From the NCBI GenBank assembly GCA_964619725.1, contig CAZUFC010000045.1:1-59486 (forward strand): a stretch of DNA of 59,486 bases, in the 5' to 3' direction. Positions 20,223 to 30,364 of this stretch are shown one piece after another; the stretch's first letter is position 1, and each line of letters begins with the position of its first letter. The notes under the pieces were generated by a model. The model ran no database searches, was not told where the DNA came from, and saw only the letters and a program-made list of their open reading frames with translations. Source of the stretch: an uncultured bacterium. Lineage in GTDB: Bacteria; CSSED10-310; CAZUFC01. Both the position numbers and the translations under genes were made by a program.

Positions 20223-20251
20223 ATTGTAATATTCCGAAAAACGCGTGTCAA
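20223..20251 (-). promoter_or_regulatory. Sigma70-type promoter P1 for the RHS operon
   Basis: Minus strand TTGACA-17bp-TACAAT. Confidence 0.7.
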
Positions 20252-20308
20252 ATCCTTTCTCCTGAAATTCAACCATTACCGGAAATTCTCTCAAGCAACG
20301 TTATCTTA

Positions 20309-20337
20309 ATTATAAATCGCAAGTCGCTTTAAGTCAA
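20309..20337 (-). promoter_or_regulatory. Sigma70-type promoter P2 for the RHS operon
   Basis: Minus strand TTGACT-17bp-TATAAT. Confidence 0.7.
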
Positions 20338-20464
20338 AAAAAATATCAGCCGCCTGTGATGAAAACAAAAAACATGCCTTTACAATATGTTGTCCGTTGT
20401 CTTCGCTTTAAGGAGAATCAGATCGATTTTTCATCGAAAAAACTTTTTAATCGCAGCTTAATAA

Positions 20465-20493
20465 TTGACAAATAAATTGAAAAAGATTAAATT
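20465..20493 (+). promoter_or_regulatory. Sigma70-type promoter for the rightward operon
   Basis: TTGACA-17bp-TAAATT. Confidence 0.55.
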
Positions 20494-20533
20494 TCTAAAT
20501 AGACGAGAAACTGAGGGAAAAGGTGATTTCCAA

Positions 20534-21109
20534 GTGGAGAGAAAAACAATTGGGCGAAATATTTTTATTGTCGCGATAATCTTTTCTTTTTCGTTGATGT
20601 TTTTTTTGTTTTCTGCAGCGAGTGGGGAGGAAACGAAGGATCAGGGCGATGAAGTTTCTGCGGTTGCCGGAGAAGGTGAGGAAGTTGATGAGGGAGGGGT
20701 CTTCAGTACCTGGAAGGGATTTTTGGAAGCGGATCGATGTGCGACGGCCTGGCTGATCAAGCGATTCATAGATGAGAGCGCTTCGTTCAAATTTTATCCT
20801 CACGGAACGACGGAAATGGCGGGTGAGCCTTTTGACGTGCCTTTATCCGAAAGTTTAAGGCGCCCCAATCATTCGATATTCGAGTCTTTTCTGTTGAAGC
20901 ATGAGTTGAAGGACCCGGTTTTGAGGAAGATGGGAACGATTATGCGGGACATAGAGATCAATACGTGGGGACCGAAAGCGACGAAAGAAGCTGCGGGGTT
21001 GGAAGCGATAGTGCGAGGTTTGAATCGAGTGTATGAACAAGAGGAGGTTTGTCTGGAAAAGAGTTTTATTATTTTTGATGCTCTTTATGCTGAGCTTGAA
21101 GCCCGCTGA
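20534..21109 (+). CDS. ChrB (chromate-resistance) C-terminal-domain protein with N-terminal signal/TM
   Basis: DRCATAWLIKRFID, PFD, L.DP.L, EAAGLEAIVRGL, FDALY motifs; GTG 20534 after GGAAAAGGTGA; hydrophobic N-terminus. Confidence 0.8.
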   Translation: MERKTIGRNIFIVAIIFSFSLMFFLFSAASGEETKDQGDEVSAVAGEGEEVDEGGVFSTWKGFLEADRCATAWLIKRFIDESASFKFYPHGTTEMAGEPFDVPLSESLRRPNHSIFESFLLKHELKDPVLRKMGTIMRDIEINTWGPKATKEAAGLEAIVRGLNRVYEQEEVCLEKSFIIFDALYAELEAR

Positions 21110-21306
21110 TTCGAGGCGTTATCTGTCCCGTCAAGGATGTTAAGGGACAGGAGAGGGCGTTAATCGCTAATTCGATTTTCAGTTTGACTTTCAGAGAGAT
21201 TGAGGTTATAAAATAAATACATTTTTCTGCCAGTTCTGGATGCGATGAACGAGAAAATGACGCGTGAAAAAATATATTCATTTAATCAAATATCCGGAGG
21301 TGTGAG

Positions 21307-24300
21307 ATGAGAGCTCTGAGAGAGGACCAGCGGAGTTCTTTTCGTGGAGGGGGGTTATTCCGAGCAGGAATGGCCTTTGTATTGTGTTTGAGTGCGATTT
21401 TTTGTTTTTGGGGAGCGGCGATCGGCGGAGGAATCGCCGGAGATATAAACGAGTCTGGCCGTGTAGACGGAGAGGATTTATGGATATTTTCGTTGGCGCG
21501 AGACACGGAAGAGGGCGATAACGATTATAATCCGGCGGCGGATTTGAACAAGGACGGTTATGTTGACGACAATGACTTGCTGATATTGTCGAAGAATTTC
21601 GGATTTACGGGTCGCGGGCTTTATCTTTGGGTAGGCAACACGGATGATGATGAAGTTGTGAAGCTGCTGTTGTCGTCGGCGGAGGAGAAGCTTCGAGTAG
21701 CCGGCATATGCAACGGACCGATATCCGTTGCGACGAACAATTCGGACGGCAGCGTCTGGATAGCGAGTTATTATGATCACGAGGCGATAAAGCTGTCGGT
21801 GACGGGTGAGGAGTTGTTGCGCATAACGGGATTTTATTATCCGCGGTCGATAGACGTTAACGAGTCAACGGGAGAGGTATGGATTGCCGACAGGGATCAT
21901 CATAAGATAGTCAGGCTTTCGCCGGACATTCCCGACGGTTATGATATAGAAACTCAGACGGGATATCATGCGACGATACACGGATTCTATTATCCCGAAG
22001 ACGTTTCGGTTAATGAAAGGAACAATACGGTATGGGTTGCCGACACGAGCAACGGTAAAGTATATCGATTATATCCTGGCGTTCCGGACGGTTATGACGT
22101 AACGGGCGAAGCGGGATATCATGCGACGGCGGCGGGTTTTTACAATCCCAGGGCGGTATCCGTAAACACGAGCGACGGAACGTGCTGGGTAGCGGATACA
22201 AGCAACAACCAGGTCGTTAAGCTGGCCCCTTCCGGCACCATCGAACTCATCCGCATCGGCGGTTTCAGCAGTCCGCAGGACGTTGCCGTCAATCCCGTCG
22301 ACAATACCTGCTGGGTTGCGGATTATACGAATGATCGCGTGGTTAAGCTTGATTCAGCGGGCAACATACTGGCGGAAGTGGGAGGGATGGACAATCCTTA
22401 TTCGGTAGCCGTGAATCCGGAGGACGGAAGTTGTTGGGTGGCGGATTATTACAATCATCAAGTCGTGAAGCTCATCGTTTCAGGAGCGGAGTCCCTTCGC
22501 AAGGGAGGATTCGACAATCCGAAGGCGGTCGACGTGTATTATGCCGAGCCTCCTTACAATGCGCCTTCGGCTGTGGCGGAGGTTTATCCGACTAATGCTC
22601 AGATAGACGAGACGATAAATTTCAGCGGAACCGGCGAGACGCCGGTAGGCGATATAGTTTTGTATGAATGGGATTTCGACGGAGACGGAGTTTATGACTG
22701 GTCCTCTTCGGATACGGGCGATACGACCCATTCTTATTCGGAAAACGGCGTTTATAATCCTGTTTTCCGCATCACAAACGACCATTATTTGAGCGCTGTC
22801 GATTATTCCAACATCGTTCGCGTCGGGGTCCTTCAGGCCATGGCAGGTGCAGACCCGACAACGGGAACCGCGCCTCTCCAGGTGACGTTTTCCGCAGGAT
22901 ATTTCGATCCTGTCGACGGACAGATCGAGAGTTACCAATGGGATTTTGACGGCGACGGATTCTTCGATTCATTTCAGAACGCGACCCAGAATCCTCAGAA
23001 CATTAATCATACCTACGCCAATGCAGGGACTTTTGAGGCGGTTTTGAAGGTAACCGATACCGGGAACGTAACCGCGACCGATACGGTTACCGTCGAGGTG
23101 GAAAAGGCGCTGCCTGAAGCGGAAGCTGAGGCTGTGCCGGAAGAAGGTCCTCCGCCTTTGGAAGTCACATTGACCGGAACAGGTAATGATCCTGACGGTT
23201 CGGTGATTTTTTACGAATGGGATTACGAGGATGACGGGACTTTCGACTGGTTCAGTTCGACCGGCGGCGAGACTGTCCATACGTATACATTGACGGGAGA
23301 GCACACGGCAAGACTGAGGGTTACGGACAACGACGGTCAGACTGCCGAGGATACGGTAAATATCAACGTTTACAGTATAGCGCCGTCGGCTGAGGCTGCC
23401 GCAGACCCCATGAAGGGCAACGTTCCCTTCGCTGTCGATTTTACGGGTTCGGGAACCGATCCGGACGGTTATATCGTTTTATACCAATGGGATTTTGACG
23501 GCGACGGCGTTTATGACTGGAGCAATTTCGCTCATGGAAATACGACTTATGTCTATACGCAACCGGGAAATTTCTCGGCCAGGTTCAGGGTCGTCGACAA
23601 TTCGGGCGCTGAGGCTTTCGATACGGTCGAGATTAAAGCTTTACCCGAAGGGTATCCGTTTGCGGTTGCGGAAGCTGATCCTCTGGAAACATTCATTAAC
23701 GACCCGATTGATTTAATAGGAGAAAATTCATACGATCCTGACGGAACGATAGTCCTTTATGAGTGGGATTACAGCGGTGGCGAGATATTTTTCGACGACA
23801 TGGAGTCCGGCGTCGGCGGTTGGACTGCAGAGAGTCCCTGGGGACAGGTCACAACGGATTACTACAGCGCCGTCACCTGCTGGACCGACAGTCCGGGCGG
23901 CAATTATTCCAATTATACGAACGCGGCGATCATTTCGCCGATGCTGACGATCCCGGATGCGATTGAAACCAGGTTGAAGTTCTGGCATCGTTATCATACC
24001 GAAAGTTGTTGCGACGAATGCCGCGTTGAAATTTCCTCGGACGGAGGAACGTCGTGGGATGAATTGATCTATTATCGAGGGACTCAGAATGAATGGACGC
24101 AAGCGGACCTGGACATATCGGATTATGACGACAATTCTCAAGTCCAGGTCAGGTTCAGACTGGACGCCGATTATTCCGTAACTTACGACGGCTGGTATGT
24201 TGACGATGTGAGTATAACTCAGGACTTCGTGCCCGATTACAGTTCTCCGGATACGCCTAATATAAATGTTTCTTATGATAAAGCGGGGCTTATCTATCCT

Positions 24301-27300
24301 GTTTTGCGGGTTACCGACGATGAAGGAAACAAGGATACGGATGCCGTGGCATTGACGATCAACGCCGGTCTGCCCACAGCCGTTGCTGAAGCTGATCCTG
24401 AAACAGGGCCGGCGCCTTTGACGGTCGACCTGATCGGTGAGAACTCAACAGACCCCAACGGAACGATAGATTTGTACGAATGGGACTTCGAATACATCTA
24501 TTTCCAGGATGACGCAGAAGGCGGCGCCCCCCTGATGTGGTATGCAGACCCTCCCTGGGGATTGATCGAGGATGCCTATGAAGGGGATTATGCCTGGACG
24601 GAGAGCCCGGATGGGAATTATCCTAACAATTATAACGGCGCCATAACTTCGTTGCCGTTTTCTCTGACTACGGCGACGAATCCGGAACTCACTTTCTGGT
24701 ACAAATTAAGCGCTAGTTCGAGTTACAATTACACTGACGGCGGATATGTGGAAATTTCTACGGACGGCGGAGCTGACTGGATCGAATTGGCGTATTATAA
24801 TTATTACGACAACACCACGGATTGGGTTAAGGAGACTTTTGATCTGACTCCCTACGCAGGGGAGTCCGTGGTCAAGTTGCGTTTCCGTTTTTATTCGGAT
24901 TCTTCAAGCTACTGGGACGGATGGTTCATAGACGACATATTGATCACGGAACCTTTCAGCGCTGATTATACATCGGCCGACACCCCGAATACGACTCATG
25001 AGTATGCGAATGAAGGATATTATTGCGCTGCTTTGCGGGTGACGGACGATGACGGTCAATCCGACATGGAGATGGTGACGATTCACCCCAATGTGGGACC
25101 TGCGGCGGATATTATCTGGCCTGAGGAAGGTCATGTGTTCCAGCGAGGCAATATAGCGTTTAAGGGCGAAGGGACGGATGCGGACGGACATATTGTATTG
25201 TATGAGTGGGATTTTGACGGGGATATGACGTTCGACTGGAGTTCTGAAGAGGCGGGAGCCGCCGTATACGAGTATCCGGATGAAGGGGCATATACCGCTA
25301 ATTTCCGTGTAACGGACAATGACGGGCTGACCGATACCGTTACAGTCAATTTTTCCACCATGATGTATCCGCCTGAGATAACTTCTTTTACGGCCAGTCC
25401 CATGGAGGGCTCTGTTTCCGTGTATGTTTACTTTAATGTTGATGCGCATGATCCGGACGGAACGGTGGAACAGTACGAATGGGATTGGGACGGCGACGGG
25501 ACTTACGATGAAACCACGACCTACGATAATGTCTCGCATTATTATACGAGTCCGGGAACGATAGAGGTCAAGTGTCGCGTTACGGACGACGAGTTGTTGA
25601 CGGCTGAGGAGACGGTTGAGATTTATTTAAAAACGTACGGATATCCGACTGCGACGGCGGATGTCGATCCCTACTATGGGTATGCCGGACATAATTTCAA
25701 TTTTGAAGGTTCGGGAACAGACCCCTGGCCGGGAAGCATAGTATTGTACGAATGGGATTTCGACGGCGATGGAACCTATGACTGGAGTTCTGCAGTTGAG
25801 GGAGATACGACGTATGCTTACAGTGAAACCGGAGCGTTTGAAGCTGTGCTGCGGGTAACGGACGACGAGGGGTATCAGGATACGGATTCTGTCGAACTTT
25901 ATGTCGATTATGCCGGCGGCGGAGATATGTCTGTTTGGGTGACGAATCTGGGCAATGAAAACGTGATCCGTTATGTCGGCGGCGTCAAGCAATGGCATGT
26001 CGTCGATTTTTACGATCCGCACGGCATTTCTGCCGACCCGAATGACGACAGCGTTTGGGTGGCGGATTACGGCAATCATCAGATAGTGGAGCTGGATGCG
26101 GACGGGAACGAGCTTCATCGCATAGACGGATTTGATAATCCTTGGGATGTCGACGTTTATTATGCCGACGGCAGCGTCTGGGTATCGGATTATGATAATG
26201 ATCAGATGGTGTTGCTGGATTCGGACGGTGTGGAAATTGGCCGCTACGGAGGTTTCAACAATCCTCGCGGCATTGATGTAGACCAGTCGGACGGCAGCGT
26301 CTGGGTGGCCGATTATTATAATCATGCTGTCGTAAAACTTGATTTGGCAGGGAATGAGATCGGCCGGCTGGCGGAATTCGACAATCCCAATTGGGTCTCC
26401 GTTAATCAGGAAGACGGTACCTGCTGGGTGGCTGACCGGGATGACGATTTCGTGGTACTGGTTGATGCTGACTGCACGACTGAATTGCTCCAGGTCAGCG
26501 GATTCTATTATCCTTTCAGAGTGGCTGCAGGCAATGACGGCAGCGTCTGGGTTTCCGATCTCGACAGAGACAGGGTTTACCATGTCAGCGCTGACGGTAC
26601 CTATTTGTCTGAAACTCAGATGTATAATCCCTACGGCATTGCTCAGGACCCGGGAACTTTAAACGCTTATGTAGTAGATTATTACACATACAAGCTGTAC
26701 CAGATTGCGCTCGCAGGAAATGTGTTAAGCGAAATATCTGGAGGAATGTACTATCCCTGGGATATAGACGTTCTGCCGGGATATACCGCGGCCGATAATC
26801 CCCCGGACGCGACCGCTTCCGCAGACCCGATTACCGGAGATGCTCCGTTATCAGTAACCTTTACGGGATCAGGCACGGATGATGGAACCATTGTCGCTTA
26901 TGAATGGGATTTTGACGGCGACGGCGTGTGGGATTATTCATCGGATACTGACGGTAATACGACTCACCTGTACGAAGAATCCGGGATTTACGATCCTGTT
27001 TTCAGGGTCGTCGACGATAACGGATTCTCGGGATTCGTAAGCGATATTATTATAAGAGTAGGACCTGTTCAAGCCTGGGCGACGGCTCAACCGAACAGCG
27101 GTCCGGCCAACCTTTACGTTACGCTGAACGGAGGGGGCAGTTCGCCTTTCGGCGATGGAAGAATACACCTTTACGAATGGGATTATGAAGGCGACGGCAT
27201 ATTCGACTGGAGTTCCACCTCTCACGCTAACATCGGGCACACTTACGAGCCGGGAAGTTATGTTCCCGTTCTGAGGGTTACGGACGGAGAAGGCAATCAG

Positions 27301-30300
27301 GCATTGGCTTTCCCATCGCCTATCGTCGTGGATTTAACCGCTCCGACTGCGGTCATCTGGGTTTCTGCCGATACCGGCGAGAATCCGCTGACAGTGCACA
27401 TGCACGGCAATTCAAGTTACGATCCGGACGGTACGATCGTTTTCTGGGAATGGGACTGGGACGGCGACGGCGCTTATGATTACGGCTCGGAAACAACAAG
27501 CGACATTTGGTACACATACTCTGGGGTCGGAACTTACGAGTTGACCCTGAGGGTTACTGACAACCACGGCTCCATGGGAATTGACACGCAAACCATAGAA
27601 GTCTTGAATTCGCATCCTGTCGCTCATGCCGCGGCTGACCCCCTGGAAGGCGATGCCCCGTTAACGGTCTCTTTCACCGGCACGGGCGAAGACCTGGAAG
27701 GCGATATATCCCTGTATGAATGGGACTTCGGAGAAAACCAGGCATTCTTTGACGATTTTGAATCCGGCACGTCGCAATGGACGTTGGACGCTCCCTGGGC
27801 ATTAACCTCCAATTCCTTCCATTCGCCTACTCACTCCTTAACGGAAAGTCCGGACGGTGATTATGAAAATAATCTGAACGTTTCGGCCGTTTCCAGTCAA
27901 TTCGCTCTGCCGGCGGGACAGGCCATACTCAAGTTCAGACACAAGTATGAGATTATCAGCTCCGACTACGCCAGGGTCGACATCTCAACTAACGGAGGCG
28001 TCGCCTGGACTCAGATCGCTTCTTATACGAACGGAACGCAGAGCATGTGGGAAGAAGTGTTGATGGATATATCGGATTACGCTGACAATGCGGAATGTCA
28101 TTTGAGGTTCCGTTTCAACAGCAATTCCTCTCTGGTCGCAGAGGGATGGAACATCGACGATGTGAGCGTCACTGTTTTCGAGTGGGATTACAGTTCTACG
28201 GAAACGGGCGTAACCGATCATATCTACAACACGCCCGGAGAATACATGGCGACGTTACGCGTGACGGACGAAGGAGGTTTGACCGACACGGATTTCGTTA
28301 ACATAACAGTCAAACAAACGGGAGCGCCTCTGGCGACGGCTTCGGCTTATCCGACACAGGGAGCGGCTCCGTTGCTTGTGGACTTCATTGGCGAAGGAAC
28401 CGACCCTGACGGTACCATAGAATTGTATGAATGGGATTTCGAGGGAGACGGAACTTGGGATTACACGTCGACAGAGACCGGAATCACCGATCATTTATAC
28501 ACGGAAAATGATGTTTATTGGGCCGTTTTAAGGGTCACCGACGATTCGGGATTGACCGATACAGATTGGGTAATTATACGGGTCGGTATGCCGGAGTCGC
28601 TGCCTTATGCTTATCCGCAATCGGGCGCGGTTCCGCTGACCGTGCAGTTCATCTGCAACGGCAGAGACCCTGACGGAACGATCGAGTACTATTACTGGGA
28701 TTACGATGGAAACGGTACCACGGATTATACGTCGAGAGTTTCAGCGGCAGTCAATCATACTTATTCCAACGCCGGGGTTTATGAAGCGACTTTAACCGTT
28801 GAGGACAACGACGGTTTGCAGGATTCAGCAAGCATTACCATTACGGTTACGGCTTCCGAAGCGCCGGTAGCTGTCGGAAACGGGACTCCGGATACGGGAA
28901 CGGCTCCGCTTGAAGTTACGTTCACGGGGTACGGCACGGACCTGGATGGGACCATTGAATTGTTCGAATGGGACTTTGACGGCGACGGAACATATGATTG
29001 GAGTTCTGCGACAACGGGGAATACGACGCACACGTATAATGATTTAGGAGATTACAGGGCCGTGTTCCGGGTTACTGACGACGATTCGTTGACGGGAACC
29101 GACGTCGTATGGATAAACGTCAACCAGGTAGGGAGCCCTACCGCATTGGCCGATGCTGATCCGCTGAGCGGCGATTCGCCTCTTACCGTCGATTTTATGG
29201 GTGAAGGAACCGATGAGGATGGAACCATAGAATTGTACGAGTGGGATTTCGACGGTGACGGCGCCTATGATTGGAATTCCTCTTCAACCGGTTATACCTA
29301 TTATATTTACAGTGTTCCCGGTCTTTATGAGGCTGTTTTGAGGGTGACCGACGATGAAGGCCTTACGGACACGGACAGGGTTAATCTAGCCGTCGGTATG
29401 GGACTCACGGCAGCCAGAAGCAAGGAATCTTTCGATCCTACGGTCGGCGAGACGGTGGAAATTCAGTCCACGATTACGGGAACGACTACCGTTACGATCA
29501 GAATCAATAATCGCGATAACGAGCACGTCAGGTTATTGGTCGATAATGTTGTCAGAGCTCCCGGGTATTATTCCGACATCTGGGACGGCAAAAACGATGC
29601 GGGCAATTACGTTCCTTCAGGGGCCTACTTCTTTGTCATCGATTACACTATTGAGGGAACCGAATATACCTACGACCTCACCGCCAGCGCAGGAAGTCAA
29701 ATATTCCCCACCGTCAGTTACTCCTCAAGTTACAATCCCCTTGAAGACGATTACCTGGCGGCCTCTTTCACGCTAAGCGCCCCCGCAGAGATAACGACCT
29801 ATGTCTCGCCTTTCAGCGGAGGCGCGGGACAGCGAGTAAGGACCATCCATATGCGCAAGCCGATCAAGAGCGGTTCTAAAGTCGTGGTATGGGACGGAAC
29901 TGCGGACGACGGCACTATCGCTCCTCTCGATCAGTCCTATGTTATGGCCGTACTGATGTGGGCCCTGTCGGACAACTGCATTATTGTCGCCAGCGACCCC
30001 GTGGTTGCCGATATCGCAGCAGACCCCAACTTCTATAATCCCAAGAATCCCTATCAGCTCGATCCAAATGCTCCCCTGAACTTCACCTTCTCCTTGACGA
30101 AAGATGCCGACGTCGTCGTCACCATCAGAAATCAGAGTAATTTCCCGGTAAACAACTACCTGCTGCCTGGCCTGGAACGGGGCGAAAATCACTTTTACTG
30201 GGACGGTTTCGGCAATACCGACAGATTGATGGCGGATGATCTTTATATCGTCGGATTCCAGGCACAGGATCAACTGGGCAATCAATCCATGAAAATGCAT

Positions 30301-30324
30301 TCCATTATTAAAGTGTTCTATTGA
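21307..30324 (+). CDS. 3005-aa secreted multidomain protein: dockerin, two NHL/YVTN propellers, 17 PKD modules (3 with inserted jelly-roll domains), C-terminal FlgD-Ig-like domains
   Basis: GDINESGRVDGEDL...ADLNKDGYVDDNDL (dockerin); repeated DGSVWVAD..N..V (NHL); repeated YEWDFDGDG..LRVTD (PKD); WDGKNDAG..VPSGAY (FlgD). Confidence 0.92.
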   Translation: MRALREDQRSSFRGGGLFRAGMAFVLCLSAIFCFWGAAIGGGIAGDINESGRVDGEDLWIFSLARDTEEGDNDYNPAADLNKDGYVDDNDLLILSKNFGFTGRGLYLWVGNTDDDEVVKLLLSSAEEKLRVAGICNGPISVATNNSDGSVWIASYYDHEAIKLSVTGEELLRITGFYYPRSIDVNESTGEVWIADRDHHKIVRLSPDIPDGYDIETQTGYHATIHGFYYPEDVSVNERNNTVWVADTSNGKVYRLYPGVPDGYDVTGEAGYHATAAGFYNPRAVSVNTSDGTCWVADTSNNQVVKLAPSGTIELIRIGGFSSPQDVAVNPVDNTCWVADYTNDRVVKLDSAGNILAEVGGMDNPYSVAVNPEDGSCWVADYYNHQVVKLIVSGAESLRKGGFDNPKAVDVYYAEPPYNAPSAVAEVYPTNAQIDETINFSGTGETPVGDIVLYEWDFDGDGVYDWSSSDTGDTTHSYSENGVYNPVFRITNDHYLSAVDYSNIVRVGVLQAMAGADPTTGTAPLQVTFSAGYFDPVDGQIESYQWDFDGDGFFDSFQNATQNPQNINHTYANAGTFEAVLKVTDTGNVTATDTVTVEVEKALPEAEAEAVPEEGPPPLEVTLTGTGNDPDGSVIFYEWDYEDDGTFDWFSSTGGETVHTYTLTGEHTARLRVTDNDGQTAEDTVNINVYSIAPSAEAAADPMKGNVPFAVDFTGSGTDPDGYIVLYQWDFDGDGVYDWSNFAHGNTTYVYTQPGNFSARFRVVDNSGAEAFDTVEIKALPEGYPFAVAEADPLETFINDPIDLIGENSYDPDGTIVLYEWDYSGGEIFFDDMESGVGGWTAESPWGQVTTDYYSAVTCWTDSPGGNYSNYTNAAIISPMLTIPDAIETRLKFWHRYHTESCCDECRVEISSDGGTSWDELIYYRGTQNEWTQADLDISDYDDNSQVQVRFRLDADYSVTYDGWYVDDVSITQDFVPDYSSPDTPNINVSYDKAGLIYPVLRVTDDEGNKDTDAVALTINAGLPTAVAEADPETGPAPLTVDLIGENSTDPNGTIDLYEWDFEYIYFQDDAEGGAPLMWYADPPWGLIEDAYEGDYAWTESPDGNYPNNYNGAITSLPFSLTTATNPELTFWYKLSASSSYNYTDGGYVEISTDGGADWIELAYYNYYDNTTDWVKETFDLTPYAGESVVKLRFRFYSDSSSYWDGWFIDDILITEPFSADYTSADTPNTTHEYANEGYYCAALRVTDDDGQSDMEMVTIHPNVGPAADIIWPEEGHVFQRGNIAFKGEGTDADGHIVLYEWDFDGDMTFDWSSEEAGAAVYEYPDEGAYTANFRVTDNDGLTDTVTVNFSTMMYPPEITSFTASPMEGSVSVYVYFNVDAHDPDGTVEQYEWDWDGDGTYDETTTYDNVSHYYTSPGTIEVKCRVTDDELLTAEETVEIYLKTYGYPTATADVDPYYGYAGHNFNFEGSGTDPWPGSIVLYEWDFDGDGTYDWSSAVEGDTTYAYSETGAFEAVLRVTDDEGYQDTDSVELYVDYAGGGDMSVWVTNLGNENVIRYVGGVKQWHVVDFYDPHGISADPNDDSVWVADYGNHQIVELDADGNELHRIDGFDNPWDVDVYYADGSVWVSDYDNDQMVLLDSDGVEIGRYGGFNNPRGIDVDQSDGSVWVADYYNHAVVKLDLAGNEIGRLAEFDNPNWVSVNQEDGTCWVADRDDDFVVLVDADCTTELLQVSGFYYPFRVAAGNDGSVWVSDLDRDRVYHVSADGTYLSETQMYNPYGIAQDPGTLNAYVVDYYTYKLYQIALAGNVLSEISGGMYYPWDIDVLPGYTAADNPPDATASADPITGDAPLSVTFTGSGTDDGTIVAYEWDFDGDGVWDYSSDTDGNTTHLYEESGIYDPVFRVVDDNGFSGFVSDIIIRVGPVQAWATAQPNSGPANLYVTLNGGGSSPFGDGRIHLYEWDYEGDGIFDWSSTSHANIGHTYEPGSYVPVLRVTDGEGNQALAFPSPIVVDLTAPTAVIWVSADTGENPLTVHMHGNSSYDPDGTIVFWEWDWDGDGAYDYGSETTSDIWYTYSGVGTYELTLRVTDNHGSMGIDTQTIEVLNSHPVAHAAADPLEGDAPLTVSFTGTGEDLEGDISLYEWDFGENQAFFDDFESGTSQWTLDAPWALTSNSFHSPTHSLTESPDGDYENNLNVSAVSSQFALPAGQAILKFRHKYEIISSDYARVDISTNGGVAWTQIASYTNGTQSMWEEVLMDISDYADNAECHLRFRFNSNSSLVAEGWNIDDVSVTVFEWDYSSTETGVTDHIYNTPGEYMATLRVTDEGGLTDTDFVNITVKQTGAPLATASAYPTQGAAPLLVDFIGEGTDPDGTIELYEWDFEGDGTWDYTSTETGITDHLYTENDVYWAVLRVTDDSGLTDTDWVIIRVGMPESLPYAYPQSGAVPLTVQFICNGRDPDGTIEYYYWDYDGNGTTDYTSRVSAAVNHTYSNAGVYEATLTVEDNDGLQDSASITITVTASEAPVAVGNGTPDTGTAPLEVTFTGYGTDLDGTIELFEWDFDGDGTYDWSSATTGNTTHTYNDLGDYRAVFRVTDDDSLTGTDVVWINVNQVGSPTALADADPLSGDSPLTVDFMGEGTDEDGTIELYEWDFDGDGAYDWNSSSTGYTYYIYSVPGLYEAVLRVTDDEGLTDTDRVNLAVGMGLTAARSKESFDPTVGETVEIQSTITGTTTVTIRINNRDNEHVRLLVDNVVRAPGYYSDIWDGKNDAGNYVPSGAYFFVIDYTIEGTEYTYDLTASAGSQIFPTVSYSSSYNPLEDDYLAASFTLSAPAEITTYVSPFSGGAGQRVRTIHMRKPIKSGSKVVVWDGTADDGTIAPLDQSYVMAVLMWALSDNCIIVASDPVVADIAADPNFYNPKNPYQLDPNAPLNFTFSLTKDADVVVTIRNQSNFPVNNYLLPGLERGENHFYWDGFGNTDRLMADDLYIVGFQAQDQLGNQSMKMHSIIKVFY

Positions 30325-30364
30325 TAAAAATTGAGAGGATTTTCGATGTAAAGGAGGATAAAAA

